Shown one piece after another: positions 1 to 9,618 of a DNA stretch of 13,821 nucleotides. Each line of letters starts with the position of its first letter. Positions within the stretch are counted from its first letter, which is position 1. This stretch comes from Octopus sinensis (lineage: Eukaryota): positions 1 to 13,821 of the forward strand of contig NW_021826494.1 of NCBI RefSeq assembly GCF_006345805.1, written 5' to 3'. The notes under the pieces were generated by a model. That model made no database searches, was not told the origin of the DNA, and saw nothing but the letters and a program-made list of their open reading frames with translations. Both the position numbers and the translations under genes were made by a program.

Positions 1-199
1 CATAGCCGTAACAGGAATACTTTGACAATAAGCGTGCTCAGTCAATGATAGACAAATATCGCCTTAAAAAGTGTACATATTGGTTAATTCGGATTGGATG
101 ATAAGAAATAAAGCATGATAGCCGTAACTGGAATATTTTTTACCATATATGTGATCATTCATTCCTGAGCAAAGGCTAAACAACAAAAACAATAACAAC
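1..199 (+). repeat. Old diverged repeat 3' segment present as a doublet, ending in an (AAC)n-like tail
   Basis: atagccgtaacaggaatactttgacaata at ~2 recurs as atagccgtaactggaatatttttaccata at ~118, and the second unit ends ggctaaacaacaaaaacaataacaac. 4295-4360 looks like a reverse-complement relative. Confidence 0.45.
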
Positions 200-225
200 T
201 TATGCTATGATATTTAATGAACACA

Positions 226-335
226 AAGGCAATTTGTTGGCAGAGCAGTTAAAGCGTTGGATCATATTTGAAATTGCAAATCCTATCGAGTGAAACATCG
301 CCTTTTATTGCACCGGAGTCAGTAAGAGAAGTGCA
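226..335 (+). mobile_element. Highly diverged SINE family A copy (5' part)
   Basis: ggcaatttgttggcagagcagttaaagcg...caaatcctatcgag...gccttttattgcaccggagtc aligns by eye to the head and centre of the intact copy at 5712. Confidence 0.55.
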
Positions 336-336
336 T

Positions 337-468
337 TGTTTGTCCCCGCCACTGCTTGACAATCAGCATTGGTTTGTTTACGTCCCCATAATGTAGCAGT
401 TCGGCAATAAGAAATTCGATCGAATAAATATCAGGCTTAGAATATTTGTGCTGGTGTTCATTTATTGA
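337..468 (+). mobile_element. Diverged SINE family B 3'-half fragment
   Basis: tgtttgtccccgccactgcttgacaatc...tgtttacgtccccataatgtagcagttcggcaa matches 7070-7145. Confidence 0.75.
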
Positions 469-485
469 TTTATTTAATGAACACA

Positions 486-682
486 AGGTTGGCGCATTGG
501 CAAAGAGGTTAGAGTGTCGGATGGAATGCCTTGCAGTGTTTGCGGGCGAAAATCCTGTCGAGAACTACATTGCCTTTTATTGCACCAGGGTCAATAAATG
601 AAGTACAGTTCAAAATATTGGATCGATTAAATAGACTAACCGTTCTCCTAATTTTCTGACCTTCTGCCTATCTTAGAAATAG
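486..682 (+). mobile_element. Highly diverged SINE family A copy with type-2 tail
   Basis: ggcgcattggcaaagaggttagag...aaatcctgtcgag...gccttttattgcaccagggtcaataaatgaagtacagtt...ccttctgcctatcttagaaa parallels the 5712 head and the tail at 9520-9615. Confidence 0.6.
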
Positions 683-1254
683 CGTTAGCATAAATACATC
701 ACCGAAGACCGTGTCTTTGGATTTGCTTAAACGATACTGGTGGTCAAATTTGTTAATTGCTCCCTCCTAATTAGAAAAAAAAAATATCCCATTGTTTTTC
801 AACCTATATATGTGAATTTTTTGCATCACTGAAGACTGTGCCTTTGAATCTTTTCACATCATAATGGTGGACATGATTTATAAATTCCCATGCCTATATA
901 AAAAGGAGTAAAAAAAAATCTTTCTTTTTCTTTCAAACGGAATCTGTAAAGTCTCTGGGTCTTTTAGGAATAAAAATAAGTGACCCTTGTTTAGTTCTAA
1001 AGATTCTTTTGGTAAAGGAAATTTGGCATTTCCATTATATTATCAGTAGAGTGAATATTTCTCCACCACCCATCTACCTCTTTCTACCCCTTTCATTCCA
1101 ATGCAATTTACTTTTCTCTTCCTCTCATTTCTTTCCCTTTGTATCTGTCCTACTTTATTATATATGCACACTCACATACACACATGCACGCATATACATA
1201 GTATCAATTATGTATGCTCGCACGTATGTACGCGCGCGTGTGTTAATATTTTTA

Positions 1255-1304
1255 ATATATATAATGTATATATATATATAATATTATATATAATATATAT
1301 ATAT

Positions 1305-1343
<39 letters not shown>

Positions 1344-1362
1344 ATATATACATTATATTATA
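1255..1362. repeat. Interrupted (TA)n microsatellite
   Basis: Directly visible. Confidence 0.95.
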
Positions 1363-1592
1363 TATTTCTTTACTACCACCCACAAAGGGCTAAACACAGA
1401 GAGGACAAACAAGGACAGACAAACGGATTAAGTCGATTACATCGACTCCAGTGCGTAAGTGGTACTTAATTTATCGACCCCGAAAGGATGAAAGGCAAAG
1501 TCGACCTCGGCGGAATTTGAACCCAGAACGTAACGGCGGACGAAATACGGCTACGCATTTCGCCCGGCGTGCTAACGTTTCTGCCAGCTCGC
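1363..1592 (-). mobile_element. SINE family A, near full length (tRNA-derived head)
   Basis: Reverse complement of 5712-5942, with A-box-like TGGCAGAAACGTT and B-box GGGTTCAAATTCC on the minus strand. Confidence 0.92.
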
Positions 1593-2044
1593 TGTCATAG
1601 ACAAAGTTACCTTCTATCATCGATGACATTTTGTGTTGGTGTCATGAAGGAGTAGGGCATCATGTTTTCGGAGGAAGTGGTAGATACCAAGCAATGAATT
1701 AGCAACTAGCGAAGCTTTATGCAAATTAATCCAGCTGGTTTACTTTTAAACCAACGCATTCAGTAGCTTTAAACAGCCATAAATTCTAAATCGCTACATA
1801 AGCACGTGATTTCTGAGTACGTAATTTCTGACGAGAACCACACAAATTGGAAACTAGACCAATCCAGTACCCATCTTTATGTCCAAAGAAGAGATATTAA
1901 CAAGGCACTTATTTCATTTGCCGTACTTCTCACCTTTGGCTGAAAATATTCAGGTTCAGAGTTGCCTTAAGCACATTTAAAATTTCCCATACACACTGCT
2001 TAATACGTCCCATCCCACGTGTATACACACATACACAACACACA

Positions 2045-2088
<44 letters not shown>

Positions 2089-2201
2089 CGAGGGATGTAT
2101 GAAAAGTCTTGAGCTTCAAAAAAAAAAAAGAACAGGGATGAAGGTATAAGATTTCAAGGCTCAAAGGTTTTGAAGGCTCATAACTTTTCATACACCCCTT
2201 G
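2089..2201. mobile_element. Tc1/mariner-type MITE-1 (113 bp)
   Basis: ~33 bp imperfect TIRs: left cgagggatgtatgaaaagtcttgagcttcaaaa; reverse complement of right caaggggtgtatgaaaagttatgagccttcaaaa. TA precedes the left end, and CGAGGG termini are typical of some mariner families. Confidence 0.85.
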
Positions 2202-2241
2202 TGTGTGTGTGTGTGTGTGGTGTGTGTGTGTGTGTATGATA

Positions 2242-2474
2242 CAGGGTTTATCCAAAGTCAACCGACAGTAATTCGTAATTCCTTAAATACTATCTGTAAT
2301 TCTGTATTAACTCGAAAGGAAAAATATGTCGCTCAAGAGGGACTACAGTTTGAATAATTTTCATGATGTTTCATACTTAGATGCTTTTATGAAATTCATT
2401 TAGTTATTAAACATAAATAAATCTTGGAATCAAATGGTTTTGATTTACTGTCAGGTGACTTTTGGCCAACTCTG
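2242..2474. mobile_element. Tc1/mariner-type MITE-2 (233 bp)
   Basis: TIRs cagggtttatccaaagtcaaccgacagtaattc and (reverse complement) cagagttggccaaaagtcacctgacagtaaatc, with TA on both flanks. Confidence 0.82.
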
Positions 2475-2493
2475 TATATATCATATATATATA

Positions 2494-2719
2494 TATTTCT
2501 TTACTACCCACAGGGGCTAAACACAGAGAGGACAACAAGGACAGACAAACGGATTAAGTCGATTACATCGACTCCAGTGCGTAGTGTTACTTAATTTATC
2601 GATTATCCCCCGAAAGGATGAAAGGCAAAGTCGACCTCGCGGAATTTGAACCCAGAACGTAACGGCGGACGAAATACGGCTACGCATTTCGCCCGCGTGC
2701 TAACGTCTTGCCAGCTCGC
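2494..2719 (-). mobile_element. SINE family A (duplicate of 1363-1592)
   Basis: Same sequence as 1363-1592 with small indels. Confidence 0.92.
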
Positions 2720-3166
2720 TGTCATAGACAAAGTTACCTTCTATCATCGATGACATTTTTGTGTTGGTGTCATGAAGGGTAGGGCATCATGTTTTCGGAG
2801 GAAGTGGTAGATCCAAGCAATGAATTAGCAACTAGCGAAGCTTTATGCAAATTAATCCAGCTGGTTTACTTTTAAACCAACGCATTCAGTAGCTTTAAAC
2901 AGCCATAAATTCTAAATCGCTACATAAGCACGTGATTTCTGAGTACGTAATTTCTGACGAGAACCACACAAATTGGAAACTAGACCAATCCAGTACCCAT
3001 CTTTATGTCCAAATTAACAAGGCACTTATTTCATTTGCCGTACTTTCTCACCTTTGGCTGAAAATATTCAGTTCAGAGTTTGCCTTAAAGCACATTTAAA
3101 ATTTCCCATACACACTGCTTAATACGTCCCATCCCACGTGTATACACACATACACACACACACACA

Positions 3167-3210
<44 letters not shown>

Positions 3211-3323
3211 CGAGGGATGTATGAAAAGTCTTGAGCTTCAAAAAAAAAAAAGAACAGGGATGAAGGTATAAGATTTCAAGGCTCAAAGGTTTTGAAGGCT
3301 CATAACTTTTCATACACCCCTTG
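3211..3323. mobile_element. MITE-1, duplicate copy
   Basis: Same as 2089-2201. Confidence 0.85.
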
Positions 3324-3359
3324 TGTGTGTGGTGTGGTGTGTGTGTGTGTGTATGAATA

Positions 3360-3589
3360 CAGGTTTATCCAAGTCAACCGACAGTAATTCGTAATTCCTT
3401 AAATACTATCTGTAATTCTGTATTAACTCGAAAGGAAAATATGTCGCTCAAGAGGGACTACAGTTTGAATAATTTTCATGATGTTTCATACTTAGATGCT
3501 TTTATATGAATTCATTTAGTTATTAAACATAAATAAATCTGGAATCAAATGGTTTTGATTTACTGTCAGGTGACTTTTGGCCAACTCTG
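3360..3589. mobile_element. MITE-2, duplicate copy
   Basis: Same as 2242-2474 with small indels. Confidence 0.82.
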
Positions 3590-3777
3590 TATATATCATA
3601 TATATATATATATATATATATACATACACATGCCCACCAGACTAGTTTACTGGTACTTTGCACGGACTAGTACCTTGTTTTGGACAATATCAATAAACTT
3701 GTGTAATTTTCATTAATGTACAGGTGCTTGTATTTCATTTAATTTATTTAGGTAGATGTAATATGTGTGATTTATTG

Positions 3778-3917
3778 TACGTTAAGAGGCTGTAAAAGAT
3801 CACATTAGAAGAGTTTATCGCTAGTAAAAGCAAGAAATTCTTTGAGCATGGAATAATGAATCTACCCACAAGATTGCATTTCTTGGAAAAGCAAACGAAC
3901 TTTTTGGCCAACCCAAT
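3778..3917 (+). pseudogene. Mariner transposon relic: transposase C-terminus plus right TIR
   Basis: The frame starting at 3805 reads LEEFIASKSKKFFEHGIMNLPTRL, like the mariner C-terminal motif FFASK...FY..GI.KLP.RW. EAVKDH lies just upstream in a shifted frame. It is followed by aacgaactttttggccaacccaa, whose reverse complement TTGGGTTGGCCAAAAAGTTCGTT is a mariner-type TIR. Confidence 0.8.
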
Positions 3918-3918
3918 G

Positions 3919-3987
<69 letters not shown>

Positions 3988-3996
3988 CTGTGTGTG
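3917..3996. repeat. (TG)n microsatellite
   Basis: Directly visible. Confidence 0.97.
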
Positions 3997-4294
3997 TTAC
4001 AATAAATGAAAATTGCTTTTGCAAGCAATTATTTGAAAGTGTAACAACAGGTGACTAATTATAAAGTGGTTGAATCCGTTAATATATTTGGGTTGAGAAT
4101 GATCATTTCTCGTTGAAAAAATCAAGCGGGGAGGATATCTTATCTCTGAACGTAAGGAACCGGGACAAATACTGCAAGGTTTTTTGGCCAACGTTTTGGT
4201 GATTCTGACCGTCCACCGCCCTGTACGCGTATAAGGGTTAAAGTGGCGCGCGTGTATATGAGTGTGCTCGCACACGTGGAGGGGCATGCATGTG

Positions 4295-4365
4295 TAATTT
4301 AAGCCTAGGTCAGCCCTGATCAACAAAATTTATGATAAAAGTTGTGGCCATCCTGTCGTTTTGGA
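4295..4365 (-). repeat. Diverged fragment probably related to the repeat at 1-199
   Basis: tttaagcctaggtcagccctgatcaac...tatgataaaag...gtggccatcctgtc is loosely the reverse complement of 112-185. Confidence 0.35.
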
Positions 4366-4485
4366 CATCCAGGACTAATATATCCACTGCGTCTTACCCA
4401 CCTCACCGTCGGTTTTCTTGTAGGACTTTGAGGTTTGATTCGAAAGAAACTTTGCTGTTATTTCTTGTATGCTGGACAACCAGAG

Positions 4486-4741
4486 CCGTGGTTCTCAACA
4501 ATTTTGGCCTATGGACCCCTTTGATTTCTATTTTACTCGAGTGGACCCCTGTAGCTATTTGATGCTTTAAAAAGTCCCATTATATTTTTATGATTAAATA
4601 TTATTAGGAATTATGTAAAAGAAATTGTTAAAATATTTCGTGTATCGTAGAAAATATAAGCGATTTATGGCACATTAATTTTAACAGCAAAATCTTATAT
4701 GGGCTCTCAAGGGCCATATGGACCCCTGATGAAAACCACTG
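4486..4741. mobile_element. hAT (Charlie/MER5-like) non-autonomous element, 256 bp
   Basis: Termini ccgtggttctcaac and gatgaaaaccactg fit the consensus CAGTGGTTCTCAAC. The 8-bp flanks aaccagag and atgtagag can both derive from an NTCTAGAN target. The subterminal motif tggacccct occurs three times. Confidence 0.82.
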
Positions 4742-4829
4742 ATGTAGAGATTTCTTCAATGGCCACAGACCATGTAGGGGCTCCTTCATTGCTGTTAAAT
4801 GGGAGTGCGGTGACAACCATGTTGTTATA

Positions 4830-5375
4830 AGATGGGAAAAATAGAGGAATAAAAACTTGGCGTGGATAAAAGAGATGAACTAGGTGGGGTAGAAGAGAAT
4901 GTAAAGTAAAGCACACAGAGGGGTGTTATGGAGAGAGGGAGTGGAGGGAAGAGGAGAGAGTTATAGTAGCAGTGGTGGATAAAGATGTGGAGGTGGAAAT
5001 AAAAGGATATGTTTTGATGGCTTAATGATTGTGTATATGTGTATGTGTGGGGAGTGAAGAAAGAGGAAAATTATTGTTGTTGTTGCTGGTGGTGGTGGTG
5101 GTGATGGTAGTGGTGCTATTGCAGTTCCTGTTGATGTCGGCGGTGTTGGTAGTGGAGAAGGAATTAGGTTGACATTAGTAGAAGGAAGGCGAAGAAGGGA
5201 GGGTGGTTGAAAACAGATTTGATGGTTTTGACATAACAGCAAGTGGGGTGGAGAAATAAAGAGATAGAGGGATCAAACTGAGTGAGAAAGGGAGGAGAGA
5301 ATTAAAAAAAAAGGGGGAAGATAGACACAAGAGACAAAACGAGAGAAGGGGGAAGACTTGTTAAAGAGAACATCA
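4830..5375. repeat. G/A-rich low-complexity tract with a (GTT)n(GGT)n core at ~5074-5120
   Basis: Strong purine skew and decayed triplet repeats. Confidence 0.7.
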
Positions 5376-5581
5376 AAGATTTGTATGTGTGTTTTATGCT
5401 GTTGTTTATGTATTACGAGTTTTTGTCTGTTCTTTACTTTTTCCCTTTTTTTTTTTGCATAAATATGTTTCTAACGTTCTCCACTTTTCCCACTCCAATG
5501 AAGGGATAAACTTAAGTTCCTCTTCTCTTTACGGCACATAATCTTATCTAATTTGGAAAACTTTAAAGTTTCAGGAATGTT

Positions 5582-5668
5582 GAGTGTATATTTGTTTTAG
5601 CTCGCTTTGAAACTTTTTAGTTTCAGGTTCGATCCCACTGCACGGCACCTTGGGTAGTGTTCTACTTA
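5582..5668 (+). mobile_element. Diverged SINE family B head fragment
   Basis: ggttcgatcccactgcacggcaccttggg is a B-box plus the start of the CORE-like segment. Confidence 0.65.
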
Positions 5669-5711
5669 GACCCCAAACACAGAGGCACTCACATATATTC
5701 ATATATACAAA

Positions 5712-5942
5712 GGCGGCGAGCTGGCAGAAACGTTAGCACGCCGGGCGAAATGCGTGGCCGTTTTTCGTATGCCGTTACGTTCTGAGTTCAAATTCCACCG
5801 AGGTCGACTTTGCCTTTCATCCTTTCGGGGTCGATAAATTAAGTACCAGTTACGCACTGGGGTCGATGTAATCGACTTAATCCCTTTGTCTGTCCTTGTT
5901 TGTCTCCTCTGTGTTTAGCCCCTTGTGGGTAGTAAAGAAATA
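5712..5942 (+). mobile_element. SINE family A, full-length monomer
   Basis: A-box-like TGGCAGAAACG (~5722) and B-box GAGTTCAAATTCC (5784-5796). The central gactttgcctttcatcctttcggggtcgataaattaagtacc resembles, from memory, the Meta/MESC-type SINE domain. It ends gtagtaaagaaata followed by TA repeats. Confidence 0.93.
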
Positions 5943-5970
5943 TATATTCATATATACGAGCATGTATAAA

Positions 5971-6124
5971 TACGACAGGCTTCTTTCAGTTTCCGTCCAC
6001 AAATCCACTCGCAAGACTTTGGTTGGCACGGAACTACAGTAGAAGACACTTGTGCGAATGCCATGCAGTGGGACTGAACCCGAAACAAAATGTTTGGGAA
6101 GCAAACTTCTTACCACATAGCAAT
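5971..6124 (-). mobile_element. SINE family B 5' half
   Basis: Matches 6661-6820 and 13247-13400. Confidence 0.88.
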
Positions 6125-6188
6125 TCTAGCCAGCTTATATGTGTATATAAATGTGTGTGTGTGTGTGCGTGTGCGCGTGTGTTTCTGT

Positions 6189-6272
6189 CAATTTGTTCGA
6201 CTAAACCTTTCAAGATGGTGCTCTAACGCGGCCGCAGTCAATTGACTGAAATGAATAAGAGGTAAATGAGAT
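6189..6272 (+). mobile_element. SINE family B 3' end fragment
   Basis: ttcgactaaa...ggtgctc...ggccgcagtcaattgactgaaa matches 7200-7260. Confidence 0.8.
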
Positions 6273-6347
6273 AATTTATTTTCGGGTGAAGAATAGCGTC
6301 GTTGGATACAAATATTCTTACATTCTAATCACTGGGTCCCTTTTTTT

Positions 6348-6826
6348 CTCTTTTTCCCTTTTACCTGTTTCAGTCATTTGACTGCGGCCATGCTGGAGCA
6401 CCACCTTTAGTCGAGCAAATCGACCCAAGGACTTATTCTTTGAAAGCCAAGTACTTATACTATCGGTCTCACTTTTGTCGAACCGCTAAGTTACGGGGAC
6501 GTAAACACACCAGCCTCGTTGCTAATCGATGTTGGGGGGGGGGGGGGGCAAACACAGACACATAAACACACACACACACATATATATACATATATGTATA
6601 TTATATATAATATATATATATAATATATATATTATTATATATATATATATATATACATATATGCGACGGGCTTCTTTCAGTTTCCGTCTACCAAACCACC
6701 CACAAGGCTTTGGTCATCCCGAGGCAATAGTAGAAGACACTTACCGAAGGTTCCACGCAGTGGGATTGAACCCGGAACCATGTGGTTGGTAAGCAAGCTA
6801 CTTACCACACAGCCACTCCTACGCCT
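6348..6826 (-). mobile_element. SINE family B, full length, with expanded internal (TA)/(TG) tract
   Basis: The minus strand has A-box TGGCTGTGTGG, B-box GGGTTCAATCCC, a CORE-like ccttcggtaagtgtctt segment, an internal microsatellite and the 3' half. Confidence 0.93.
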
Positions 6827-6927
6827 AACACTGACGAAGGAACGTTTGTGGAACGACATTTAAAATATGAACGTGAAACGTTTTTGGTTTGAGGTCCCAG
6901 AGATTGATTTTTATTATTTTACTTGCT

Positions 6928-7288
<361 letters not shown>

Positions 7289-7385
7289 CATGCAGGGAAC
7301 CTGCTTGGAGGGTTTAGTCGAAGAAAACGATCCCATTAATATTAAGTCGGGAAATAAACAAATGAACAAATGTTGTCAAGCGAAT
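7289..7385 (-). mobile_element. Old SINE family B 3' fragment
   Basis: catgcaggga...tttagtcgaagaaaacgatccc...gttgtcaagcg resembles 6389-6430 and 13150-13180. Confidence 0.55.
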
Positions 7386-7450
7386 ACAAGTGTACACCCC
7401 TCACACACACAAATACTCAACCCTCCCACCCCGCAAATGTTCATATAAAC

Positions 7451-7720
7451 AGGCAAGTATGGCTGTGTGGTAAAAAGTTTGCTTCCTAACCATATAGTTT
7501 CGGGTTCAGTCCAACTGCATGGAACTTGTGCTTCTACTGTAGTCCAAGTCAATCAAAACCTTGTGGTTTTGATTTGCTAAGCGGAAACTGAAAGAAGGCC
7601 GTCGTTTTTATCCATGTGTATATATTTTTATGTGTGAGTGCCTTTGTATTTTCCTCACCCCCACCGCTTGACAACTCGCGTTGGTTTGTTTACGACCCCG
7701 TAACTTAGCAGTTAAGCAAA
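7451..7720 (+). mobile_element. Older SINE family B copy, cut at its 3' side by the TIR element
   Basis: tggctgtgtggtaa, gggttcagtcc, ggaaactgaaagaag and gcttgacaac...ccccgtaacttagcagtt are present in order. Confidence 0.88.
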
Positions 7721-7721
7721 G

Positions 7722-8163
7722 GGAATCTTTTCGGTTTGAACGGCAGTTTTTTCTAGCAGTGTCATATGAAATTATTACCCATAATTATGACCCTAGTATC
7801 GATCTATTGCATTTCTATCTCTTTTAGGGTTAGGGTTAGTTAGGGATAGGGTTAGGGTTAGGGGTGGGGGGAAGGGTATCTTTTTTTTCTTCACAAATGT
7901 AAATAAACCCAATCTGTTTCTTAAACGAGGGACATATTCATACGGCACAGAATGTTGTTTACCTCAATGGACGTCAGTGATTGGTTGAAATTGCAGAAAT
8001 TGAAGAAAAAAACCAACAGATATCTTACTAACTATAAAATTTTCTCAATAAAGCCAAGAGAAAAAGATGTTTTATAAACACATTCTATCAGTATACGAAG
8101 TTCAAAATTTTTTAGTTTCCCTAGAAATTATGTTAAAAACTGCCGTTCAAACCGAAAAGGTCC
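7722..8163. mobile_element. ~440 bp non-autonomous TIR DNA transposon with internal telomere-like repeats
   Basis: Perfect 25-bp inverted repeat cttttcggtttgaacggcagttttt (7727-7751) / aaaaactgccgttcaaaccgaaaag (8135-8159), with probable GG...CC termini. Confidence 0.88.
7824..7863 (+). repeat. Interstitial (TTAGGG)n-like tract
   Basis: ttagggttagggttagttagggatagggttagggttaggg. Confidence 0.9.
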
Positions 8164-8609
8164 TTTTGTTTTTTCATTCAGTCTCTTTTCTTTTTTGTAT
8201 TTTTTTCTTCTCTAGTTGATGATAATATCTGTGCGGTTCGCTTTGATCTCTTTGTCATATCTGCAAAGGCAAGGTCTTAAATTATCGCAGCCATGTCATT
8301 GTTCCCATTCACATTATTTCCGGTGCCCTGCTTATGTTGTTTACTTTTCTATTTCGATGTGGAAGTGTCTGCGTGTTACTCAGTGGATATATTTTCTTAC
8401 CCGGTCATGTCTACACGGATATAAATTATGGCGATATAAAAAGATGACAGTTGAAAAGGATGTGGTAGATTGTTTCTGTATACTCATTACATAATGTGTA
8501 GACTATTGTACATAACAACTGATGTTAGCCTCTGCTTTTTTCCAACTCATTCTAGAACATTTTTGTGACGATCCGGTTTTGTTTTTAGTTCAGAACCTTC
8601 AAACCATTT

Positions 8610-8686
8610 TTTGGTTTTGATATTGATTTACCGTCTCTCTATCCAGAATTAATTTTTGTCAGCCCTTGTGGCCAATAAAAGAATTA
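8610..8686 (+). mobile_element. Diverged SINE-A-like 3' tail running into (ATT)n
   Basis: agcccttgtggccaataaaagaa resembles agccccttgtgggtagtaaagaa of family A. Confidence 0.45.
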
Positions 8687-9053
<367 letters not shown>

Positions 9054-9056
9054 TCA

Positions 9057-9618
9057 GGCGGCAGGCCTGGCAGAAACGTTAGCACGCCTGGCGAAATGCT
9101 TAGCCGTATTTTGTCTGCCGTTACGTCGACTTTGCCTTTCATCCTTTCGGGGTCGATAAATTAAGTACCAGTTACGCACTGTGGTCGATGTAACCGACTT
9201 AATCCGTTTGTCTGTCCTTGTTTGTCCTCTCTGTGTTTGGCCCCTTGTGGGTAGTAAAGAAATAGGTATTTCGTCTGCCATTACCTTCTGAATTCAAATT
9301 CTGCCGAGGTCGACTTTGCCTTTCATCCTTTCGGGGTCGATTAAATAGGTACCAGGTACGCACTGGGGTCGATATAATCGGCTTAATCCGTTTATCTGTC
9401 CTTGTTTGTCCTTTCTGTGTTTAGCCCCTTGTGGGTAGTAAAGAAATAGGCGTTTCGTCCGTCGCTACGTTCTGAGTTCAAATTCAGCCGAAATCGACTT
9501 TGTCTTTCATTCTTCCAGGGTCGATAAATTAAGTACCAATTGCGTACTGTGGTCGCTCCAATCGACTGGCCCCCTCCCACAAAAATTCGGGCCTTGTGCC
9601 TGGAGTAGAAACGATTAT
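9057..9618 (+). mobile_element. Trimeric SINE family A (units 9057-9264, 9265-9448, 9449-9618)
   Basis: One tRNA-like 5' start followed by three repeats of the body. The junction agtaaagaaata|gg occurs twice, 184 bp apart, and the last unit has a different tail ending in att repeats. Confidence 0.93.

Larger units (their letters stand above)
1361..3610. repeat. Tandem duplication of a ~1.13 kb unit (1361-2491 and 2492-~3610)
   Basis: The two units are colinear and near-identical: SINE A, unique spacer, (CA)n, MITE-1, (TG)n, MITE-2. All three boundaries lie in (TA)n. Confidence 0.97.

Noticed and set aside
2000-3313. Two near-identical 63-64 aa minus-strand ORFs (MKSYEPSK...)
   Set aside because: They are translations of MITE-1 plus the (TG)n tract within the tandem duplication.
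3636-3674. Two overlapping short hairpins with ACTAGT sites
   Set aside because: The stems are only 5-6 bp and no associated element boundary is visible.
4961-5242. Proline/threonine-rich minus-strand ORF
   Set aside because: It derives from a decayed (GGT)n purine-rich tract, with no domain or splice context.
5712-5800. tRNA gene
   Set aside because: A- and B-boxes are present but over-spaced, no complete cloverleaf is evident, and the sequence continues into a multicopy body, so it is a SINE head.
6831-6885. CTGACGA...GAAACGTT hammerhead-like motif
   Set aside because: The acgtt/aacgt stem is offset from the core by 4 nt and helix I does not pair.
7824-7863. True telomere or chromosome fusion scar
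   Set aside because: It is only about six imperfect units in one orientation, lying inside a TIR element.
9057-9618. CRISPR-like array
   Set aside because: The units are ~184 bp SINE bodies without unique spacers, in a eukaryotic context with no cas genes.
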